Part shown: positions 25,766 through 32,981 of the stretch, one piece after another
Layout: every line of letters starts with the position of its first letter
Numbering within the stretch: position 1 is the stretch's first letter
Assembly: GCA_002437565.1 (NCBI GenBank)
Contig: DJQL01000117.1
Coordinates: 1 to 32,981 of the forward strand
Direction: 5' to 3'
From: Prevotella sp. UBA6387
GTDB lineage: Bacteria; Bacteroidota; Bacteroidia; Bacteroidales; Bacteroidaceae
Length of the DNA: 32,981 bases
Position numbers and translations under genes: made by a program
The notes under the pieces: model-generated
What the model was told of the DNA's origin: nothing
What the model saw: only the letters and a program-made list of their open reading frames with translations
Databases searched by the model: none

Positions 25766-27475
25766 TTATTCGTATATCAGCGTTCCCGAAATGCACCAGT
25801 AGCTGTTGCTGCCGCCTTCGGGCGCGCCTTGCGGAATCTTCACGCAAAGTGTGTGCTTGCCGGCTTTCAGGTCGCCCACGGGTATGTATTCGGGATTGGT
25901 CACCGTGCCTGGACACCAGTTGGAGCGGCTCAGGTCTGATGAGCTGAGGCCGTTGGAGAAGTTGCCGGAGCATGGGTTGTTGTTGCGGTAGGTTCCGCAG
26001 TCGTCACGCCATGGTATGAACGTTATCACCTTCTGTCCGTCCACGTAAATGGTGTTGGGCTTTTGGTTGAACTCGTCGCCGCCGTCCCAGCCGCCGTGCC
26101 CAGTGGTGAGATAATAGAGGCGTGCGTTCTTCACGTCTTCTTTCAGCTCAAAAGTCGTTGTCAGCGAGTCGTTGAGCATGAATGTGGGGTAGGGCTGTCC
26201 TGCCTGTTCCATGTAGTTTACGGTGTTGAACAGTGGCAGTGTCTTCTGCACCTTGTGGTCTCCGTCGGGGTAGTATTTCAGTTTCACGCTCAGCCTGTGG
26301 CCCTTTGTGTCCCAGTTGCCTATGTAGGCTCCGATCCACGCTTCGCCCTTGAGCTGCTCGGCAACCGATGTCACCTCTGCCTTATACGTAACGGAGTCTA
26401 CCCATGTCTGCCCTGGTACCTTGTTGTGGTTGTATTTGCGCACGCCGAATCCAGTGAAGAAGCGCATCAGCTCCAGCGGCACGTCGTATCCTGTCGTCGA
26501 CGTGAGTCCGTGATAGTCGGTGTCACCGCTATGGAACGACGGCACGCTGTTCAAATCGCGCAGCGCGTCGATAAACGATTGCGCCTTGTCTGTAGGGATC
26601 ATGAATATGGAACCCGTGCGGTCATACGCGTCGCCATCGGAGTATTGCACGGCTTCCACGAACACCTGGCGGTCGCTCACGCTGTCGGGCAGCTGCACTT
26701 TCTTCAGGATCACTGTGCCACCTGCGGCCGCGTAGGTCTTCCCCGCTTCAAGTTGACCGTCGGGCAGTTTGGCGTTGTTGAAGCATATCGTTTGCTGGTC
26801 GAACACCGGCACCACGATCACCCCACTTTGGTTGATGGCGTATGAATAGTTGCTCCCGTCAAGGTAATGCCCCCAGTCTGTAGGCAACAATTCTGTAGGC
26901 TTTTTCACGGCCTTTATGTTGACAGCCTCCTGAACGGCGTCGCCGTTTCTCACGACGCGCAGCACAAGGCCATCGGGCACGCCGGCCCATGTCTGTGGTG
27001 TGCCACGGAAGGCCAAGTCATTGGTATACCACACGTCGATGGTGTTTGAGTTGACTATTGTGCGCACTACCTTGCAGTTGAGGCCAAGGTATTTCTCTTC
27101 CTTCACCTCCTTGAATCCCTTGCCATATTCAAACGGAGAGTTGGTGTATACCATCTCGTCGTTTGGCATGATGGCACGGCGATAGCTGCATCGGCGGCTA
27201 TAGTCGATATAGCTTTCCTGTCGCAGGCGTTTCGTTTTTGGCGCGTCGGCATTTTCCTTTTTCTTGTCCTTCTTGTCTTCTGGCCATACGTTTTCCAGCT
27301 TCACCTGGTCGCCGTAAACTTTCATTATGGTGCTTCCGGGACTTACCTTGCCCTTGTATACCGACCGATAGGTCACTTCTATTCCCTTGGCCTTCTTTAG
27401 CTTGCTGGCATAGTTTTGCGCTTCGGCAGCCATGCACATTAGCAGGCTGACCATTAGAATGCAGATTTGCTTCAT
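25766..27475 (-). CDS. Peptide-N-glycosidase, PNGase F-II-like (GLPGLI-type N-terminal domain)
   Basis: Signal peptide, GVPDGLVL, GDAYDRTG, ELMRFFTGFG, TGHGGWDGGDEF and SRSNWCPG motifs. Confidence 0.85.
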   Translation of the reverse strand: MKQICILMVSLLMCMAAEAQNYASKLKKAKGIEVTYRSVYKGKVSPGSTIMKVYGDQVKLENVWPEDKKDKKKENADAPKTKRLRQESYIDYSRRCSYRRAIMPNDEMVYTNSPFEYGKGFKEVKEEKYLGLNCKVVRTIVNSNTIDVWYTNDLAFRGTPQTWAGVPDGLVLRVVRNGDAVQEAVNIKAVKKPTELLPTDWGHYLDGSNYSYAINQSGVIVVPVFDQQTICFNNAKLPDGQLEAGKTYAAAGGTVILKKVQLPDSVSDRQVFVEAVQYSDGDAYDRTGSIFMIPTDKAQSFIDALRDLNSVPSFHSGDTDYHGLTSTTGYDVPLELMRFFTGFGVRKYNHNKVPGQTWVDSVTYKAEVTSVAEQLKGEAWIGAYIGNWDTKGHRLSVKLKYYPDGDHKVQKTLPLFNTVNYMEQAGQPYPTFMLNDSLTTTFELKEDVKNARLYYLTTGHGGWDGGDEFNQKPNTIYVDGQKVITFIPWRDDCGTYRNNNPCSGNFSNGLSSSDLSRSNWCPGTVTNPEYIPVGDLKAGKHTLCVKIPQGAPEGGSNSYWCISGTLIYE

Positions 27476-27527
27476 CTGTTGTCTTTTAAATGTTGCGTTG
27501 AGTGAAACATTGTGTCATATATGTATG

Positions 27528-27535
27528 CAAAAATA
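27528..27535 (-). promoter_or_regulatory. -7 promoter element for PNGase (and probably the RM-like genes downstream)
   Basis: TATTTTTGCA on the minus strand about 50 nt upstream of the ATG. Confidence 0.6.
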
Positions 27536-27605
27536 ACCATTTTATTTATGATTGGCAAGATACTACCGCAATAATTTCTCTTGATGGGTGACACATGGAA
27601 AAGTG

Positions 27606-27660
27606 AAAACAATAATCGGGTGATTATTCTCTGAAGACAATCAGAGGGATAATCACCCGA
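27606..27660 (-). terminator. Terminator of greA-HIT
   Basis: TCGGGTGATTAT...ATAATCACCCGA stem, followed by TTATTGTTTT on the minus strand. Confidence 0.7.
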
Positions 27661-27704
27661 AAAAATATCCTTACTGGCTGCTGAACTCGCGTGCATGCAA
27701 GATG

Positions 27705-28103
27705 TCAGAGCTTCTTGAACTCTGCCAATATCTTGTCGGCGGTGTCTTTCATCTCCTCTTCGGTGAGCTTCACGTGCTTGTGGAAGTCCACGTCGGCCTC
27801 CGAGTCGATGGGGATGAGGTGTATGTGAGCGTGGTTAACCTCAAGTCCGAGCACCACCTGAGCCACTTTCTTGCATGGGAACGCGTTGCGGATGGCGATA
27901 GCCACCTTCTTGGCGAACACCTCGAAAGCGGCAAGGTCTTTGTCGTCCATGTCGAAGATGTAGTCAACCTCCTTGCGCGGCACCACGAGCGTGTGGGCCT
28001 TCTTCACGGGGTTGATGTCGAGGAACGCGTAGAACTTGTCGTCCTCGGCGCATTTGTAGCTGGGTATCTCGCCGGCCGCAATCTTACTGAAAATAGTAGA
28101 CAT
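27705..28103 (-). CDS. HIT family hydrolase
   Basis: IFSKIAAGEIP, AFLDINP and HAHIH histidine triad. Confidence 0.93.
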   Translation of the reverse strand: MSTIFSKIAAGEIPSYKCAEDDKFYAFLDINPVKKAHTLVVPRKEVDYIFDMDDKDLAAFEVFAKKVAIAIRNAFPCKKVAQVVLGLEVNHAHIHLIPIDSEADVDFHKHVKLTEEEMKDTADKILAEFKKL

Positions 28104-28140
28104 GATTTTATCCTCTCGTTTTGATAATTACCTAAACCTC

Positions 28141-28611
28141 TTATTCGGCTATGCTAATCTCGTCGACGCGTACTTTTATCGTGCCGCGCGGAATCTTGAT
28201 CTCAACCACGTCGCCAACCTTCTTGTTGAGCAAGCCCTGGGCGATAGGAGTCTTGATAGATATCTTGCCTTGCTTGAGGTTAGCCTCGCTCTCCGACACG
28301 ATGGTGTAGGTCATCGACTTGTTGTTCTGCAAGTTGGTGATTTTCACCTTCGACAATATCTGCACCTCATCGGTCTTCAGGCGGCTTGTGTCCACAATTT
28401 TGGCGTGCGCTATGGTAAGCTTCATCTCGTTGATTTTAGCCTCAAGATGAGCTTGGGCCTCCTTTGCCGCGTCGTATTCTGAGTTCTCGCTTAAATCTCC
28501 CTTGTCGGCTGCCTCGGCAATGGCCGCAGAAGCCTTAGGGCGCTCCACAGACTCAAGTCTGCGTACTTCGGCCACGAGCTTGTCGTAGCCTTCCTGTGAC
28601 ATGTATGCCAT
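28141..28611 (-). CDS. greA: Transcription elongation factor GreA
   Basis: GDLSENSEYDAAK and ISIKTPIAQGLL motifs. Confidence 0.96.
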   Translation of the reverse strand: MAYMSQEGYDKLVAEVRRLESVERPKASAAIAEAADKGDLSENSEYDAAKEAQAHLEAKINEMKLTIAHAKIVDTSRLKTDEVQILSKVKITNLQNNKSMTYTIVSESEANLKQGKISIKTPIAQGLLNKKVGDVVEIKIPRGTIKVRVDEISIAE

Positions 28612-28670
28612 GATAAAAACAGTATTAAATAATTAGTTAAATTATTATTATTTATGGAAACAGACATACG

Positions 28671-28709
28671 AAAAAGAATTCCGACATTCTTTTTGGAATG
28701 TCGGAATTC
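28671..28709 (-). terminator. Intrinsic terminator inside the greA leader
   Basis: GAATTCCGACATTC / GAATGTCGGAATTC 14-bp stem, followed by TTTTT on the minus strand. Confidence 0.8.
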
Positions 28710-28744
28710 CTTCTCTTACAAGTGTCTTGTTGTCCTCTTGTTTG

Positions 28745-28776
28745 CAAAGTTAGCCTTTTATGTTGATATTGGCAAA
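28745..28776 (-). promoter_or_regulatory. greA promoter
   Basis: TTTG(28773-76)-N20-TAACTTTG(28745-52) on the minus strand. Confidence 0.75.
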
Positions 28777-28805
28777 CTTTTGTGTGTGAATTTGCTGATT
28801 ATTTT

Positions 28806-30350
28806 TCAGAAAGGAGCTTTTTGGGTGAATGTCATGATCTTTCCTGTTGTCGGGTGCCTGAAAGTGATGGCCTCGGCGTGAAGGTATAGGCGGTCGCTAC
28901 CGGTACCGTAGAGCGTGTCACCTTTTATGGGGTCGTCCAAGCCGAGCTTGTGGGCGCAATGCAGTCGGAGCTGATGCGTGCGACCTGTCCTTGGCCACAG
29001 CCAAAGGCGATTCGTGTCCACTTGTTTATAATATGTCATCGCCTCTCGTCCATGCTCCATGTCCACGACCTGTCGTGGCCTGTCGTCAAGGTCTGGGCGA
29101 ATGGGCAGTGAGATGACGCCTTCCTTTGGCGTGCCATACGGCATGGGATGGCTCAATACCGCCACATAGCGTTTCCTTATCTCGTGGTTTGCGAATTGCC
29201 GTTGCAGGTCGTGGTAGGCTTGCAAAGTCTTGGCTATTACCATCAGTCCGCTTGTGGCCATGTCGAGCCTGTGCACGATGAGCGGCGACGGACTGTCGGG
29301 GAATCGTTGCCTCATGGCGGTGAGCACGCTCGCGCGTCCGCTCTTGCCCGGCACGGAGAGCAGTCCGGCGGGTTTGCACGCTATGCAGATGTCGTTGTCC
29401 TCATAAATGGTTTGGAGTCGCGCTATCAAGCCATCGTCTTCGCTTTCGCTCTCCAATGGGTTGTCGTCAACGTCCATGCCTTGCAACATCCATTTGAGTA
29501 TGGGCTTGCATTTGCCATTGCAAGCAGGGTAGAAATGGAGATGATGCCGCACTTCGCCCTTGGGGCTCTCGCCCCACCAGAACATGGCCATGGCCTTAGG
29601 GCGCAAGCCGTGAAGGAAGGCATATTGCAGAAGTCGAGGCTCACAGCATTCGCCACTGCCAGCTGGCGGTATGCCTCCACCGCGTATCTCTATCAGGTCC
29701 TTGCTCTCGCCCTTGGAGTTGAGCATGCGGAAATGGCGGAAGAGCCACCTTTGCAGGTCATCGCTCTCTTGCCGTCGCAGGGTTCTCAGCCTTGCCAAGC
29801 GGTCTTTTTCTTCCAGGATTTCTTTCTCGGATTCCCTTTGCCTGAGCTTCCACCTGTGCAGTTCAGCGTTTTCAAACTGCCGTCGGCTCACGTATTCACC
29901 CTCGCTTTCTCCCTCGCGTCTTCCTTTCGTGAAGGTCGGGCGCTTGTCTGCCTTGCGTTCAAGCTGTTGTGCGGAATCAAGGTCCGTGATGCGTGTCGCT
30001 TTGGCTTTTATGTCATTGTTCAGTTGGGTTATTTCAGCCTCATGGCGCTTGAAATAACCGTCAGGTTGCAGGTAGTCGAACACGGCTGGCACGAATCCGT
30101 CCCAATCGGCACGACCGCATATCTGGCCGCTATAGCCAGCTATGTATTTTACATCTTTTCCCCTTGTCAAGTCGTCGTGTCCATCCACGACCAACACGCC
30201 GAACATCTTTCCCTTGCCTATCTCTTTCCTGAAACTGTCGTCCACGCGCTTGTCGCTGAAAGGCGATGGCTTGCCTTCAAGCCAATCGGCCAGTTGCTTG
30301 GTCGCGATGAGGCACTCCGGTGATGGGGAATAATAGAAAGGGTTGTTCAT
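28806..30350 (-). CDS. RluA-family RNA pseudouridine synthase with long N-terminal extension
   Basis: KPAGLLSVPG, HRLDMATSG and TGRTHQLRLH motifs. N-terminal GKMFGVL and GECCEPRLL. Confidence 0.9.
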   Translation of the reverse strand: MNNPFYYSPSPECLIATKQLADWLEGKPSPFSDKRVDDSFRKEIGKGKMFGVLVVDGHDDLTRGKDVKYIAGYSGQICGRADWDGFVPAVFDYLQPDGYFKRHEAEITQLNNDIKAKATRITDLDSAQQLERKADKRPTFTKGRREGESEGEYVSRRQFENAELHRWKLRQRESEKEILEEKDRLARLRTLRRQESDDLQRWLFRHFRMLNSKGESKDLIEIRGGGIPPAGSGECCEPRLLQYAFLHGLRPKAMAMFWWGESPKGEVRHHLHFYPACNGKCKPILKWMLQGMDVDDNPLESESEDDGLIARLQTIYEDNDICIACKPAGLLSVPGKSGRASVLTAMRQRFPDSPSPLIVHRLDMATSGLMVIAKTLQAYHDLQRQFANHEIRKRYVAVLSHPMPYGTPKEGVISLPIRPDLDDRPRQVVDMEHGREAMTYYKQVDTNRLWLWPRTGRTHQLRLHCAHKLGLDDPIKGDTLYGTGSDRLYLHAEAITFRHPTTGKIMTFTQKAPF

Positions 30351-30365
30351 GTGTGTCGTGGATGT

Positions 30366-32027
30366 TCACGTGAAGAGCATGATGAGCATTTGCGCTATCA
30401 CGACCCTGATAAACATTCCTATGGGGTATACCGACGCATAGGATATGCTTGCCGTGTCGCCCTTGCTGTTTTCGTTGGCGTATCCCAACGCCATTGGGTT
30501 AGCCATTGATCCGCATAGGATGCCGCAGATGGTGCCGAAGTCGTATTTGTGTGTATGCAGGGCGATGATGCCTATGATGAGCACAGGTACCACGGTTATT
30601 AGGAATCCTATTCCCACCCATGCCAGGCCTTCCGGCCGCAAGATGGTCGTCACGAAGTCCTTGCCGGAGTCGAGTCCGAGGCAAGCAAGGTATAGCGCGA
30701 GCCCGAGCCTGCGCAGCATGAGCGACGCCGACCGCGTGGTATAGGATATGATGTGGCTCTTCGGGCCCAGCGCGCCCACGACGATGCCCATTATTATCGG
30801 TCCTCCGGCGATGCCGAGACGCAAGCTGCTGTCCATGCCGGGTATGGCTATCGGAATGGTGCCAAGGGCGAGGCCGAGTATTATGCCGAAGAATATGCTG
30901 CCAATGTTAGGCTCCTCAAGGGTCTTCACGGAGTTGCCGAAGAAGTGCTCTGCGTTGTCGAGGTCTTCGTGCTTGCCCACGATTGTCACCCTGTCGCCGT
31001 ATTGCAAGCGCAGGTCATCGCTGGCAAGCAGCTTGATGTCGCCACGCACCACGCGGCTCACGTTGACGCCATATCCTGCCCTCATGTGCATGTCCTTGAG
31101 GCGCTTGCCGTTGAGACCGGAGCGCGTCACCACGCAAATGCGGCTCTCCACCTTGGCGTCGATGGCGTTCCAGTCCACGTTGCTCTTGTTCCAGTCGTGG
31201 TCTTCACGCTTGCCGAAGAGTAGCTCCAGCGACTTCTCGTCGTTCTTGTTGGTCACCACGAGCATGGAGTCGTTGACGTGAATCACCGTGCTCGCCATTG
31301 GCACTATGACGTCTTTTCCTCGCCAGATACGCGAGATGATGAACTTCAGCTTTGTGGTGTGAGCAATGTCGGAGATGGTCTTTCCCAAGATGGCTGGATT
31401 GATGGCGAGAAACTGCGCTATGTATGTCTGGTCATCGTCCGACAGCGGCTTGGCCTCCATGTCTTGTGGCTTCACGAAGACCTTCCTTATTATTATCATG
31501 GCTATTATCACGCCCACCACGCCGAGAGGGTATGTCACGGCGGTGGCGAGGGCCACGCTGTTGCTTGGCAGCCCGAGGTGTGCGAGGGCTTGCGTGGCAG
31601 CGCCAAGCGCGGGCGTGTTGGTGGTGGCGCCGCAGAGCAGGCCTACCATGTCGGGGAGGTTAACGCCCGTGAGTGGGATTAGGACAAGGGAGAACAGCGT
31701 GCCGAATATTATCACGGCGAGGCTCCACAGGTTCAGCGTCAAGCCTTCTGAGCGAAGCGAGCCGAAGAAGTTGGGACCAACGTGCAGGCCGAGGCAATAG
31801 ACGAACATCGACAGTCCGAACGTCTCTATATAGTCGAGGATGTTGTGGTCTATCGACAGTCTCAATTCTCCCGCCAGGATGCCGATGAAGAATACCCAGG
31901 CTATGCCGAGCGATATGCCCTTGACCTTGAATTTGCCAAGGAAAAGTCCACACGTGATGATGAGCGATACAATCACCACCGTTTGTATGGAAGAATGGAT
32001 GGTAAAAAGGGATGAGAAATAGTTCAT
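30366..32027 (-). CDS. AspT/YidE/YbjL-family transporter with two TrkA-C domains
   Basis: Two TM blocks (GATTNTPALGA, GSMANPMALG, LGIAGGP) flanking a soluble middle region. Confidence 0.88.
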   Translation of the reverse strand: MNYFSSLFTIHSSIQTVVIVSLIITCGLFLGKFKVKGISLGIAWVFFIGILAGELRLSIDHNILDYIETFGLSMFVYCLGLHVGPNFFGSLRSEGLTLNLWSLAVIIFGTLFSLVLIPLTGVNLPDMVGLLCGATTNTPALGAATQALAHLGLPSNSVALATAVTYPLGVVGVIIAMIIIRKVFVKPQDMEAKPLSDDDQTYIAQFLAINPAILGKTISDIAHTTKLKFIISRIWRGKDVIVPMASTVIHVNDSMLVVTNKNDEKSLELLFGKREDHDWNKSNVDWNAIDAKVESRICVVTRSGLNGKRLKDMHMRAGYGVNVSRVVRGDIKLLASDDLRLQYGDRVTIVGKHEDLDNAEHFFGNSVKTLEEPNIGSIFFGIILGLALGTIPIAIPGMDSSLRLGIAGGPIIMGIVVGALGPKSHIISYTTRSASLMLRRLGLALYLACLGLDSGKDFVTTILRPEGLAWVGIGFLITVVPVLIIGIIALHTHKYDFGTICGILCGSMANPMALGYANENSKGDTASISYASVYPIGMFIRVVIAQMLIMLFT

Positions 32028-32047
32028 TGCCTTTTATGGATTGCCGT

Positions 32048-32866
32048 TTACAAGATGTTGAGATAGTTCTCCAATGGTATTCCGGCGTTCTTGTCCTTGT
32101 TGTCCTTGTTGCGGTCTATCAGGGAGTAGACCGCGTCCATGGCCTTCCTCACCGATGGCTTCAGCTCCATGCCGTCGAGCAGGTGGCCAATGAGCACGGC
32201 AGAGAAGATGTCGCCTGTGCCGGGGAAGTGCACGGGTATCTCTGTGTACCCTAACAGGAAATGCTCGCCCGTGGCATGGTTGAAACCAGCCACGCAGTGC
32301 TGGCCGTCCACCGTGACAGAGGTAATGAGCACCGACTTGGCGCCGTTGGCGTGAAGCCTGTCGAGCAGCATGAAGGCTGTGGCCCTGTCTATCCCCTCAG
32401 GGTCATATTGGGTTCCAGTGAGGTAGCAAGCTTCGGTATAGTTGGGGTATATGAGGTCGGCAATCGCGGTCATCTCTTCCATGCTTTGTATTGTCGATGG
32501 CGTAACCCCGTTGTAGAGCTTGCCTTCATCGCCCATGATTGGGTCCACGAAGATAGGCGTGCCAAGTTTTTCCTGCTCTTTGCAGTAAGCGGAGATTATC
32601 CGCGCCTGGCGCTCGGATGATATGAAGCCCGTGGCTATGGCGTCGAAGCGGAAGCCGAGTTCTTTCCACACCGGGAAGACCCCAGTGATGTAGTCGGTGG
32701 TGTCGAGGATGTTGAACTTGCCGTAGTCGAGCGTGTTAGATACCAATGCGGTGGGCAGGTTGTAGGTGACATGCCCCATGTATGAGAGAATGGGAAGCAT
32801 GGCCGCCGAAGCCACCTTGCCATAGCCGCATATGTCGTTGATAAGAAGAATCTTTTTCTTAGCCAT
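32048..32866 (-). CDS. Pyridoxal/pyridoxamine kinase (PdxK-like)
   Basis: INDICGYGKV, FVDPIMGDEGKLY, PNYTEA and PGTGDIF motifs. Start placed at MAKKK, with TAATTTTG at 32911-32918. Confidence 0.88.
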   Translation of the reverse strand: MAKKKILLINDICGYGKVASAAMLPILSYMGHVTYNLPTALVSNTLDYGKFNILDTTDYITGVFPVWKELGFRFDAIATGFISSERQARIISAYCKEQEKLGTPIFVDPIMGDEGKLYNGVTPSTIQSMEEMTAIADLIYPNYTEACYLTGTQYDPEGIDRATAFMLLDRLHANGAKSVLITSVTVDGQHCVAGFNHATGEHFLLGYTEIPVHFPGTGDIFSAVLIGHLLDGMELKPSVRKAMDAVYSLIDRNKDNKDKNAGIPLENYLNIL

Positions 32867-32981
32867 GAATTTGGAATTGGCTTTAATGATGACATAAAGC
32901 TTTATTGGTGCAAAATTACAACAAAAATCTTGCATGGAGTTGGTTTGAGGCTAAACATCCCTCACAGAGTGAGGATTTTTG

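Noticed and set aside
29148..30323. Long antisense ORFs (391 aa here; also 2861-3688, 5409-6098, 10829-11551, 14381-15309, 26063-26845)
   Set aside because: They lie opposite well-supported genes and have no recognisable motifs, consistent with shadow ORFs from codon bias.
32953..32981. Hairpin at the window end
   Set aside because: Probably the terminator of a gene outside the window; it cannot be assigned.

Overview
Bacteroidales (Prevotella-like) chromosomal window, judged from TAnnTTTG/TTTG promoters, A-rich start regions and gene content. Most of it is housekeeping or envelope genes: porZ-like (5'-truncated), a GT-C-like membrane protein, serB, GT2, GT9, DUF4254, acpP-fabF-rnc, a porin plus a secreted propeller-like protein, rnr, an extended SDR, PAP2, miaB, an MsbA-like ABC transporter, a PNGase F-II-like enzyme, HIT, greA, an RluA-family synthase, an AspT/YidE transporter and a pyridoxal kinase. 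Three things stand out. (1) A probable replication origin at about 4657-5033, with a DnaA-box cluster, DnaA-trio-like repeats and an AT-rich core, and no dnaA in the window. (2) A back-to-back pair of paralogous unannotated small RNA genes at about 9773-10485, each with its own promoter, upstream palindrome and terminator, whose U-rich cores are antisense to Bacteroidetes-type start-codon regions. (3) A two-gene restriction-modification-like module with an apparently split methyltransferase. There is also a terminator in the greA leader. No tRNA, rRNA, CRISPR array or transposase was seen. All calls come from reading the sequence by eye; no searches were run.
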